NCBI GenBank assembly: GCA_037381685.1
Contig: JARRQO010000014.1
Span: forward strand, 1-39,462
Source: Deltaproteobacteria bacterium
Lineage (GTDB): Bacteria; Desulfobacterota; Desulfobaccia; Desulfobaccales; 0-14-0-80-60-11
DNA: 39,462 bases
Direction of reading: 5' to 3'
Shown piece after piece: positions 1-7,473 of this stretch. A program made the position numbers and the translations under genes. Each line of letters opens with the position of its first letter. Position 1 is the first letter of the stretch. The notes beneath the pieces are model-generated. The model saw nothing but the letters and a program-made list of their open reading frames with translations. It had not been told where the DNA came from and made no database searches.

Positions 1-135
1 TTGGAGAAGGTCTCCGATCTGAGCCAGATCATGGCCTTCGGCATCTTCACGACCCCCGCCCTGGTGGTGGACGGCGAAGTAAAAGTGGTGGGCCAGGTGC
101 CCAGCGTCGAAGAAATCAAAAAAATTATCGGCTGA
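1..135 (+). CDS. thioredoxin-fold protein, C-terminal fragment (redox-active-disulfide-protein-2-like); 5' end lies outside the window
   Basis: The frame is open from nt 1 to TGA at 133-135. It reads LEKVSDLSQIMAFGIFTTPALVVDGEVKVVGQVPSVEEIKKIIG*, the typical C-terminal end of small thioredoxin-like proteins found beside ars genes. It is absent from the ORF track because it has no start in the window. Confidence 0.55.
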   Translation: MEKVSDLSQIMAFGIFTTPALVVDGEVKVVGQVPSVEEIKKIIG

Positions 136-158
136 ATGAAGACAAAGGCGGCGCCTTT

Positions 159-587
159 ATGTTAAAAGTCCTGTTCCTCTGCACCGAAAATTCCTGTCGC
201 AGCCAGATGTCCGAAGGCCTGGTGAACCATGATCTGGCCGGGCGGGTGCAGGCCCGGTCCGCCGGCGTCCGCCCCAGCCGGGTGCACCCCCGGGCCGTGC
301 AGGTCATGGCCGAGTTGGGTATCGATCTCTCGGGTCACCGCGCCAAGTCGGTGGCTGAGTTGGCGGCAGAGCACTTTGACCTGGTCGTCACGGTGTGCGA
401 CCGGGCCCGGCAGGAATGCCCCTTTTACCCCGGCGACACCGAGGTGCTGCACGTGGGTTTTCCCGACCCGGCCGCGGCCCAGGGCTCGGAGGCGGAAATT
501 CTGGCGGTTTTTCGCCAGGTGCGGGATGATCTCCGGCGGCAATTGGTGCCATTGCTTGAAGAGAGGCTCAAGCCGAGGCGCGGTTAA
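159..587 (+). CDS. arsC: arsenate reductase, LMW-PTP family (thioredoxin-coupled type)
   Basis: 142-aa ORF with an N-terminal CX5R(S) P-loop (LCTENSCRSQM). Downstream cysteines (VTVCDRARQECP) match the thioredoxin-coupled ArsC pattern. Confidence 0.85.
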   Translation: MLKVLFLCTENSCRSQMSEGLVNHDLAGRVQARSAGVRPSRVHPRAVQVMAELGIDLSGHRAKSVAELAAEHFDLVVTVCDRARQECPFYPGDTEVLHVGFPDPAAAQGSEAEILAVFRQVRDDLRRQLVPLLEERLKPRRG

Positions 588-641
588 CCGCGCTACCGCG
601 CCCACTTTAGAAGTTCCGGGAGGAGGCCTGGGAGAGCTTGC

Positions 642-1196
642 ATGTTATTGGAAAAGATTAACCATTATGAAATCTTCCGGCCCAAATGCGACGCCAGCAA
701 AGAAGTGCTGCACGGCATCGCCACCTTCGACGCCGACATCTCCCCCGTTTTTCCGTATCTCAACGCCGAACTGGGCGGCTGGGACTATAATCAAAATAAC
801 CAGGTCTTGCTACTGAAACTCTCCGACGGCAAGTGGATCACCTTACAGCGGCACGAGATCGCCATCCGGGGAGCCCGGGATATCGAGGAATCTCAAGCCC
901 TGCTGGAGTGGATCAAGGGGCAGATCAACGAGGTCTACGCGCGCCGGGATCAACTGCAGCCCCGTTATAGCGGCCAGGCCGGTCTCAAGGTCATGGAAAT
1001 CCTCAAGCTCCTGCCTCTGACCAACTGCCAGGCCTGCGGCTACACGGCGTGCATGGCTTATGCCGCGGGCCTGCGGGAAGGAGAGATCAGCCTGAAAGAG
1101 TGCCCGCCCCTCTGGGAAGCCGACTACCGGGATAAGCGGCAAAAACTCCAGGCATATCTGGAAAGCTTCGGCTGGCGCGCCTTGGACGCATTTTGA
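642..1196 (+). CDS. putative Fe-S cluster domain protein (RnfB/CdhE N-terminal-like 'FeS' domain), ars-associated
   Basis: 184-aa ORF. The C-terminal motif LPLTNCQACGYTACMAYA...ISLKECPPL is the CxxCxxxC...C signature of the 'putative Fe-S cluster' domain. It lies directly downstream of arsC. Confidence 0.6.
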   Translation: MLLEKINHYEIFRPKCDASKEVLHGIATFDADISPVFPYLNAELGGWDYNQNNQVLLLKLSDGKWITLQRHEIAIRGARDIEESQALLEWIKGQINEVYARRDQLQPRYSGQAGLKVMEILKLLPLTNCQACGYTACMAYAAGLREGEISLKECPPLWEADYRDKRQKLQAYLESFGWRALDAF

Positions 1197-1352
1197 CCGG
1201 TAGTCCGCGGCTGGGCTCCCAGGCACGTCGTTCAGGCGCGGCCGGAAACCGTACAGACCCGAAAAGAGGCCACTGTGGTTGCCAAACGGCCGCATCTCAG
1301 CAGACCTGTACTTGAGGGTGCACCCCTGCATCTCTCTGTCTCCCGTAGTGGA

Positions 1353-1841
1353 TTATTTGAACAGAATCAGTTTAGGGGAAAGAGCGGTACCTTGTATGGC
1401 TAACCGCGCCAAACTGACCGGCAGCACAAATCGGCGAGGCCCGGCGCTGCCGGGGTTGAGGTAAAGCACGCCGTTTTTGCGCTCCAGATGGGGTTCGTGG
1501 GAGTGGCCGAAGATGACCGCGGCCAGCCCTGCGGCCGCAGGGTCCAGGTCCAGGGCGTAAAGTTCATGGAGGACATAAATCAGGACCCCGCCCACCTCGA
1601 TTATCCGGGTGTGGGGGAGCTCCGCAGCCCAGGCGCCCCGGTCGGTGTTGCCCCGGACCGCATGTACCGGCGCGATTTGCCCCAGAGTTTCTAATATCTC
1701 GGGATTGCCGATGTCCCCGGCGTGGATGATAAGTTCGACGCCAGTCAGGGCTTTAAGGGCTTCGGGCCGCAGCAGGCCGTGGGTGTCGGAGATGACGCCG
1801 ATAAGATGTTCAGCCATAGGAGCAGGGGAGGGCTGGGCCAT
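1353..1841 (-). CDS. metallophosphoesterase, YfcE/MJ0936 family
   Basis: 162-aa ORF with ordered phosphoesterase motifs ISDTHG, HAGDIGN, VRGNTD, FGHSHEP. The true start may be the internal Met at 1817 (MAEHLIGVISDTHG). Confidence 0.85.
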   Translation of the reverse strand: MAQPSPAPMAEHLIGVISDTHGLLRPEALKALTGVELIIHAGDIGNPEILETLGQIAPVHAVRGNTDRGAWAAELPHTRIIEVGGVLIYVLHELYALDLDPAAAGLAAVIFGHSHEPHLERKNGVLYLNPGSAGPRRFVLPVSLARLAIQGTALSPKLILFK

Positions 1842-2048
1842 AGTGGCAGGTTTCAGAAATAGGCTCGGGGCGCCTCCGCGGGAGATATTTTTCCTCTCGC
1901 CAGGACACCAAAGCGCCCAAGGCGCAAACTAGTTGGCCGCATTAATAAAATCGAGTTTTAGGTCGACCTCATTTTGCCACACTCCACAGGATGGCGGAGC
2001 TAACTGCGGCCAGCCGCAATAACTGCCGACGCGATGAGGGGGATGCCG

Positions 2049-2261
2049 CTAATCCTGGCTGTAGATCAGCTTGATCAGGCGGCCCAGGTCGTCCAGGCTC
2101 ATGTGGCCTTGGGCGTAGGTTTGGGTTACCTTGACCAGGGAGGACAGGAGCAGCAAACCGCCAACTTTTTCTTCCAATTGCTTTCCCAGCCGCCGGTCGT
2201 GGCCGGGAAGAAAGGCGGCACTCTTGGTGGGCTGGTTGCAGCCGCAAGCGCAGATAGGCAT
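2049..2261 (-). CDS. small hypothetical protein (70 aa, Cys-rich N-terminus)
   Basis: ATG is preceded by GGAGG 8 nt upstream. The protein begins MPICACGCNQ..FLPGHDRR. No family recognised. Confidence 0.5.
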   Translation of the reverse strand: MPICACGCNQPTKSAAFLPGHDRRLGKQLEEKVGGLLLLSSLVKVTQTYAQGHMSLDDLGRLIKLIYSQD

Positions 2262-2395
2262 ACCAAGCCTCCTTGCAGGTTAACTTATTGTTGTTAATAA
2301 TAAATAAAGTAAGTACCACAAAATTATAAACTTTGATCTATGATAATAAAACTGTTGCGAAAATTCAAGTTTTTAGATTTCCCTCCGACAACCTT

Positions 2396-2610
2396 ATGAA
2401 GATGCGGGCCGCACTGGCCCTAAAGGCCTTCCGGCAGTTTATCGACGTCTCGGGTGACGCAATGGCTATGATGCCCAACGCCAAGGGCTTTTTCCCGGAG
2501 GATCATCCCAGCTTTGTGGGGATCTACTGGAGGCCGGTAAGCAGTCCCGGCGCCGAGGCCATCGTGGAATCCGCCGATGCTGCCAGGGGCGCCCCAAATT
2601 TTTGCAAGCC
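2396..2610 (+). pseudogene. remnant of a TPP-dependent pyruvate/indolepyruvate decarboxylase (central domain only)
   Basis: The translation is KMRAALALKAFRQFIDVSGDAMAMMPNAKGFFPEDHPSFVGIYWRPVSSPGAEAIVESADA. By eye it aligns with the middle domain of Zymomonas-type PDC (recalled from memory: [61 protein letters not shown]). Neither the N-terminal nor the C-terminal TPP-binding domain is present on either side. It sits in AT-rich DNA. Confidence 0.6.
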
Positions 2611-2696
2611 AGCCAAGGCGGGAGGTGCAAACTAGCTCGCTTTATTGGTGAAGGGTAGGGATATTATGACTGATGTAATGAACTTCATCTGTATCG

Positions 2697-4925
2697 CTAA
2701 AAATTTATACTAATACGCCGGATGTCAAGGAGGGGGCCGTTATTGATGGTGGGAATCGCGGACCACTTGTGGATAATGTAGTGTTTGCGTTGCTCATAGA
2801 GGGCATTCACATCCATCCCGAGTCGGCGCATAACCCGGATGGAAGATCGGGCCTCCCGGTGCAGGTAGGTCAGGTCAAAAAAGCGCTGATTCACATACCC
2901 CTTGGTGTCCATCTGAAAAGCCAGGTCGTTATCTTCAAAGCCCCAGCCTGCGCCATTGAAAGGCGCGCTTTCATCAAAGCGAATCCCGTCAGCGAAGACC
3001 GCGCGGCGAAACATGCCGTACTGCGTCCAGGCCACCAGGTTGGTGGTCTCAACCCGGTTGATGCTATAAAAGGATGAGCTGGCACGTTCCCGAAAGGGCG
3101 TCTGCCCGGCTGAATCCGCACCGATACAGCCCAGGCGGCGCCCGTTATTTTCCAGGTAGCGCAGCATGGCGAAGCTGGAGAAAGGCACGATCTCGATATC
3201 CCCATCCATGAACAGGAGATAATCGGCGTCAATTTCAAGCATATAGTCAATGATTTGGTTCCGCGCCCGCGAACTCCCCAGATTCTCCGGGTTGCAAATC
3301 AGTTGAAAAGGCACGTCGATTGCGGCCCGCAATTGCCTCAGGGCCTCCGCAGTACCGTCCACGGAGCCATTGTCACAAACACAAATATGGGGCTCCTGGC
3401 CCAACCGTCTCAGCATGTGGGCTTCACGGACATAGCACCTCACCGAATCAAGGCTAACGTCACAAGTATTCCACGTGAGCAGAGCCAGAACGATTTTTTT
3501 CCCTGCCGGCAATGCCCCCGGATGCGACTTATAGAAAACCCCGCCCAGGCAGGCGTGGGGATAAGGCTGGTCCTGGCGATAGAGGGTAAGATCATCTTCA
3601 CCAGGGTCATCGATCACTTCAGAGAGTGGATGGATATCGTGCCTGCTGCAGAGGTCAACCCATTCCCGGGGTGTGACCTTATTCCAACCATTGAAAACCT
3701 CCCGGCGATCAGGACGCATCACGCCGAGGTTCAAAAACGCCGGCTGCTGCCAAAAGGAGTCGAAGTAATAATCGGAGGTTAAAATCAGCCAGCCGCCGGG
3801 CTTTAGTTTTCGCGACAAGGCGGCGATCAGGGCTTCTCGCTGCGGCTTGAGCAGATGTTCCAGGGTGTTAATACAAAATACCCGGTCGAAAACCTCGTCA
3901 GGGACTCCGAAAGGCAGCACAAATTTCCCTTTTGGTATCGGATTCCAATGACGATAAAGGATGTGGGGATATAAACCATGCAATCGTTCCTGGAAACCCG
4001 CGGGGTTAATGGTGCAATCCAGGACGGACCCGGTGTTCGGCAGGCGCGCTTGGAACAGGGCAAAAGGCAGTTCCCAGCGCCGCATCCGCGGCAGATTGAG
4101 ACCATGATTGAAAGCCGCGTATTCAGGAAGGGAGAGATGGCCGGTTTTTGCCGGCGTCATCGTGGGAATGGTCCTCTCCACCACGGGCAGTTGAGCAGGT
4201 ACGACCTGGCTGGCGGTTTTCTCTCCCAGAACTCCGCCATAGAAGGACCAATCCTTCCCCAGTATTCCCTGGATTACCTCTACCGGAAAGGATCGCCAGT
4301 AGGCCCCCTGGGTCTGCTTGGGGCTCGCGTTGTTCCCATGAATGAGGCCCACATGAAATGTGGTATCCGGCAAGGCCACCATGCGCTTAGGGTCGCCGCT
4401 CCAGACAAAACGGCCGTCCTCGCCGACATTGATATCTTCGAAAGGATGGTTAACCCAAAAGGCACGCCGGTAACACAGAGTGTTGCCCGACAGCCAAAAG
4501 CGCAAGTGCGCGGGATAGACGTATTCCCAGGCCCTACGGGTATCCAAGTCGTAAAACCGCAAGCGGTTGGTACCGCAGACTTCGGCGCCTGCCTGCCGGA
4601 GCGCCTCGGTCTGGTAGCTTAAACGGTAGGGGGCATACCAGTCGTCGTCATCCCAGTGGGCAATTATGTCACCCTGGGCCTGCTCACAGGCGAGGTTGCG
4701 TTTGGCCCCGATCGTGAGCTTGTTCTCCAAACGGATATACCTAATGCGGCTATCAGACGGAATGAGGTCCCTGATGCTGTCGGTGCCGTCGTCAACGATT
4801 ATCAGTTCCTGGGGGTCATAATCCTGGCGTTGGAAGTAAGCGAGGGCCTGGGCAATAAAAGGACGGCGGTTGTACGTGGGCATGATGCAGGATACCAGCG
4901 GCCTTGCCCTGCTGGCGGCGCTCAT
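2697..4925 (-). CDS. three-domain enzyme: family-2 glycosyltransferase - SAM methyltransferase - family-2 glycosyltransferase
   Basis: 742-aa ORF with AAGGAG 5 nt upstream. N-terminal GT2 signature: CIMPTYNRRPFI..LIIVDDGTDS..HWDDDDWY. Central class-I methyltransferase-like block: FDRVFCINTLEHLLKPQREALIAALSRKLKPGGWLILTSD. C-terminal second GT2: VLALLTWNT..VCDNGSVDGT..LFMDGDIEI. Confidence 0.8.
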   Translation of the reverse strand: MSAASRARPLVSCIMPTYNRRPFIAQALAYFQRQDYDPQELIIVDDGTDSIRDLIPSDSRIRYIRLENKLTIGAKRNLACEQAQGDIIAHWDDDDWYAPYRLSYQTEALRQAGAEVCGTNRLRFYDLDTRRAWEYVYPAHLRFWLSGNTLCYRRAFWVNHPFEDINVGEDGRFVWSGDPKRMVALPDTTFHVGLIHGNNASPKQTQGAYWRSFPVEVIQGILGKDWSFYGGVLGEKTASQVVPAQLPVVERTIPTMTPAKTGHLSLPEYAAFNHGLNLPRMRRWELPFALFQARLPNTGSVLDCTINPAGFQERLHGLYPHILYRHWNPIPKGKFVLPFGVPDEVFDRVFCINTLEHLLKPQREALIAALSRKLKPGGWLILTSDYYFDSFWQQPAFLNLGVMRPDRREVFNGWNKVTPREWVDLCSRHDIHPLSEVIDDPGEDDLTLYRQDQPYPHACLGGVFYKSHPGALPAGKKIVLALLTWNTCDVSLDSVRCYVREAHMLRRLGQEPHICVCDNGSVDGTAEALRQLRAAIDVPFQLICNPENLGSSRARNQIIDYMLEIDADYLLFMDGDIEIVPFSSFAMLRYLENNGRRLGCIGADSAGQTPFRERASSSFYSINRVETTNLVAWTQYGMFRRAVFADGIRFDESAPFNGAGWGFEDNDLAFQMDTKGYVNQRFFDLTYLHREARSSIRVMRRLGMDVNALYEQRKHYIIHKWSAIPTINNGPLLDIRRISINF

Positions 4926-4983
4926 TCTGACTCCTTCGGCGGCTTCGGGTCTGAAAACCCTGGTTCCACAGGCGGAACCTGGC

Positions 4984-6006
4984 CTAGCCCGTGCGGCGCG
5001 AGGCCGCGATATCTTTTTGCAGTTTCTTGATGGTCAGGTCCTTTTTAGAGGATTCCGATTTTAAAGCGGCAATCTCTTTTTTCAGTCCCTCAATCGCGGA
5101 CACCTGGTTCTTAAGATCTGCTATTTCTTTGGTATACGTCTCCCGATCAGTCGCGGCAGCCGTTTTTACTTCCTCCACCTGGGATTTAACCTGCTCCACT
5201 TCGGCTACCCTGGTGTTCACGCGGTTCACTTCTCGGCTCAGGCGCGATACTGCAGCGGCCGAGGCGGTACCGGCGGGTTCGGTGACAATGCTGTAATAGC
5301 GGACCACGCCTTTTTCTTCGTAGAGGTTGACCTTCTGTCCGGGGGCCAGGCGGGCCGGAAAGGTGCGGAGATCGGCCACGGAGGCGGCATTCAACCCCGG
5401 TTTATAGGGCACCACCTGATTTACTGCGATTTGCTGGGCCTTTAGATTCTCCTGGGCGGTGGCGACATCCCGGTTGACCAATTCGTCGGTCTTTTGGGGG
5501 CTGGTTCTCAGAGGTGGAATATCCATTTGAGTCAGGGTGTTCTTGACCATATCCCTGAAAAATCCGGTGGCGAGCCCGATTTTATCCGTAGTCTCCTTCC
5601 AGACCCCTCGGAAGTCGGATCTGAAAACGAAGTCTGCCGTTCGCAGGGCCTGCCGGGCCGTGATCCGGTCCTGCCCCACCACGGCCTCCGCCGGAAGGTC
5701 CACTTCGAGGGTGACCCTGGCGTCGGTGCCGACGTTCACCAGCAGCTCATTCTCCGTACTCATGAGGAGGGTTTCGCCCTGAAAAACTCTGAAAAAGACA
5801 TCAGGAGGGGTTTCGGGAAAAAGCTCCCGGAATTTGGCTTCGTCAAAGGGTATCGTGAAATTCCCCTGGGTATCCGTGTCGGCCCCTCCGAGAGGATCAT
5901 GTATTTTCCCATCTTGGTCCCAGGTTTCGACGCGCAACCCTGAGATCCCTTTCTTGGTCTTGACTTCGATTACCTGACCGGAGATCCGAAAAAGTCTCGC
6001 TGACAT
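4984..6006 (-). CDS. hypothetical CIS-associated protein: N-terminal transthyretin/carboxypeptidase-regulatory-like beta-sandwich, C-terminal coiled coil
   Basis: 340-aa ORF with AAGAGG 5 nt upstream. The N-terminus ISGQVIEVKTKKGISGLRVETWDQDG..DTDTQGNFTIPF resembles CarboxypepD_reg/transthyretin folds. The last ~90 aa are heptad-like and charge-rich (VAEVEQVKSQVEEVKT..IADLKNQVSAIEGLKKEIAALKSE). Confidence 0.7.
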   Translation of the reverse strand: MSARLFRISGQVIEVKTKKGISGLRVETWDQDGKIHDPLGGADTDTQGNFTIPFDEAKFRELFPETPPDVFFRVFQGETLLMSTENELLVNVGTDARVTLEVDLPAEAVVGQDRITARQALRTADFVFRSDFRGVWKETTDKIGLATGFFRDMVKNTLTQMDIPPLRTSPQKTDELVNRDVATAQENLKAQQIAVNQVVPYKPGLNAASVADLRTFPARLAPGQKVNLYEEKGVVRYYSIVTEPAGTASAAAVSRLSREVNRVNTRVAEVEQVKSQVEEVKTAAATDRETYTKEIADLKNQVSAIEGLKKEIAALKSESSKKDLTIKKLQKDIAASRRTG

Positions 6007-6024
6007 GGCGTGCCTCTTTTCCCC

Positions 6025-7473
6025 TTAGGGTTTAGTGTCCAGGATGCTGCAGCAAAACTGGCCGAAAATCGTTTTGATGGCTGGCAGAATGGGAATTACC
6101 GAGAGCCAGTAACCCCAGGTTTGAAACGACTTGACGTAACGCCGTTTCGTGAAGTTGCAGATGTAGTACACGCGGTTTTCCCTGATTTCCACACAACCCA
6201 GGTAGACCTTGTCTTCTTCCCCGCAAGTGGGACAGTCCACCAGGAACTTGTCGCAGAAGCAATCTTTCAGGTGTTGCAGGAAATGACTCATCAGGTCGGT
6301 GCAGGCATTGATCACATCCTGGTGGTATTTTTTGATTACCGCCGGGGGTTCCTGGGTAAAATTGGGGAACCCCTTAACCCCGAAGGCCGCCTCCAGGTTG
6401 ATTGCCGTTATGGTATTGACTATCCAGTTGAGGACGTAGGCGGTTTGGCCTTTGCCGTCAACCACGATATCCATCGGGTAGAGTTGGACCGGGATGCGGT
6501 ATCTGGGCACCAACCTGGCTTTTTTCAAGTCCACCACCACCACTTTGTAGTCGTCGGCCATGGTGACCAGCATACCGACAAAAGGACCGGCTACCAGGGG
6601 AGTTTTTTTCAGGGTCACGAACGCCAACCGGGTCGGGGTATCCCGCGGCAGATCAATGGCCTGATCCTGGGCGCCAGTGGTGCTGTTGAATCGTAATAGC
6701 GCCTTCTTTCCGGGAGCCGGGTTGCCGGTGACATAGAGCAAATCTCCCAAGAGCACCAAGTCATTTTCCCCATCCTCACCCTGCAGGGTGAAACTGGGAA
6801 GTGCTGCCGCCGGGGCATTGAGATCGATCTGGAGAATCCTGGTAAAGGTTGCAGATTCGCTGGGCGTGGTGTCGTTCACCGCGATGAAGGCGAGATGCTT
6901 TTCCGGGGAAATTTTCAGTAAACCGGTGGCGTTGCCGGCCTTGACCGAGGTGGCGGCAAATCCCGGCAAGCCTACAGAGGATATCTGGAAAAGTCCCTGG
7001 TTTTTCGACAGGCCATAGAGCAGGTTGCCCGGGGCCGGCCCATAAGCCAACCGGACAAATTTGGCGGCGCATTGCATGGAAGTCGGCCCCCAGGTGTGGG
7101 TGCCGTTTGCGGCAATGCTGGCCGCGGCAAAGATGGAGTCCTTGTCGTCCTGAAGAGCCACCGCGCTGAGAGCCTGGCCGTCCGGCGATATGGCGACGTC
7201 CTGCACCTGGACATTGGCGCTGGCCGGGAACACCAGGGTTTGCGCCAGTTCCTGCTTGTTGAGATCGTACACGTAAATCTTGTTCTGAGCCCCGCAGGTG
7301 TAAGCCAGGGGGAGGGTAGGATGCAGGCGCAGCCGATGATGGAACTTGAGAGCCGGACCGAAGATGGTGGCCAGGCCCGGATCGATCTCATAATCGGGGA
7401 AAGGCCGGTCATGGTCGAACATGGCGCAGAAAGTCTGGCTGGCCAGGGCTTCCACAATCTTTGAAAAAAGCAC
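6025..7473 (-). CDS. beta-propeller (YVTN-like repeat) protein with Cys-rich region and hydrophobic C-terminal tail; probably the C-terminal part of a frameshift-split gene with 6972..9764
   Basis: 482-aa ORF beginning at a GTG with no SD. Repeated blade-like segments: IYVYDLNKQ..VAISPDGQ; LLYVTGNPAPG; GQTAYVLNWIVNTITAINL. Cys cluster: CFCDKFLVDCPTCGEEDKVYLGC. Hydrophobic end: WGYWLSVIPILPAIKTIFGQFCCSIL. Confidence 0.7.
   Translation of the reverse strand: MLFSKIVEALASQTFCAMFDHDRPFPDYEIDPGLATIFGPALKFHHRLRLHPTLPLAYTCGAQNKIYVYDLNKQELAQTLVFPASANVQVQDVAISPDGQALSAVALQDDKDSIFAAASIAANGTHTWGPTSMQCAAKFVRLAYGPAPGNLLYGLSKNQGLFQISSVGLPGFAATSVKAGNATGLLKISPEKHLAFIAVNDTTPSESATFTRILQIDLNAPAAALPSFTLQGEDGENDLVLLGDLLYVTGNPAPGKKALLRFNSTTGAQDQAIDLPRDTPTRLAFVTLKKTPLVAGPFVGMLVTMADDYKVVVVDLKKARLVPRYRIPVQLYPMDIVVDGKGQTAYVLNWIVNTITAINLEAAFGVKGFPNFTQEPPAVIKKYHQDVINACTDLMSHFLQHLKDCFCDKFLVDCPTCGEEDKVYLGCVEIRENRVYYICNFTKRRYVKSFQTWGYWLSVIPILPAIKTIFGQFCCSILDTKP

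Noticed and set aside
843-1331. 162-aa minus-strand ORF opposite the Fe-S protein gene; also 162..605 and 229..816 around arsC
   Set aside because: These are shadow or alternate-frame ORFs of well-supported plus-strand genes, with no motifs.
1913-1925. Small hairpin GCGCC-caa-GGCGC as a terminator between the 70-aa gene and the phosphoesterase gene
   Set aside because: It has only a 5-bp stem with a 3-nt T/A tract, too weak to call.
6010-6696. 228-aa plus-strand ORF antisense to the beta-propeller gene; likewise 20392..21036, 10228..10701, 13741..14304, 27860..28489 and other long antisense ORFs
   Set aside because: Each is fully embedded opposite a CIS gene that has family motifs and translational coupling. 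Their composition is off-frame-like (G/R/P/H-rich). No independent evidence supports them.
6972-7470. The C-terminal ~165 codons of the 930-aa ORF as genuine protein
   Set aside because: The sequence RLWKPWPARLSAPCSTMTGLSPIMRSIRAWPPSS... has the R/P/S/W bias of an out-of-frame read. It overlaps by ~500 nt an ORF with clear beta-propeller repeats. It is better explained by a 1-nt indel at 7464-7469.
7461-7473. Programmed -1 ribosomal frameshift at TTTTTT, by analogy with tail-chaperone G/GT frameshifts
   Set aside because: The run is not in a proper X_XXY_YYZ register (it is preceded by C). I noticed no obvious downstream stimulatory hairpin. The zero-frame product would carry 165 junk codons instead of stopping soon after the site. 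It is kept only as a low-probability alternative.
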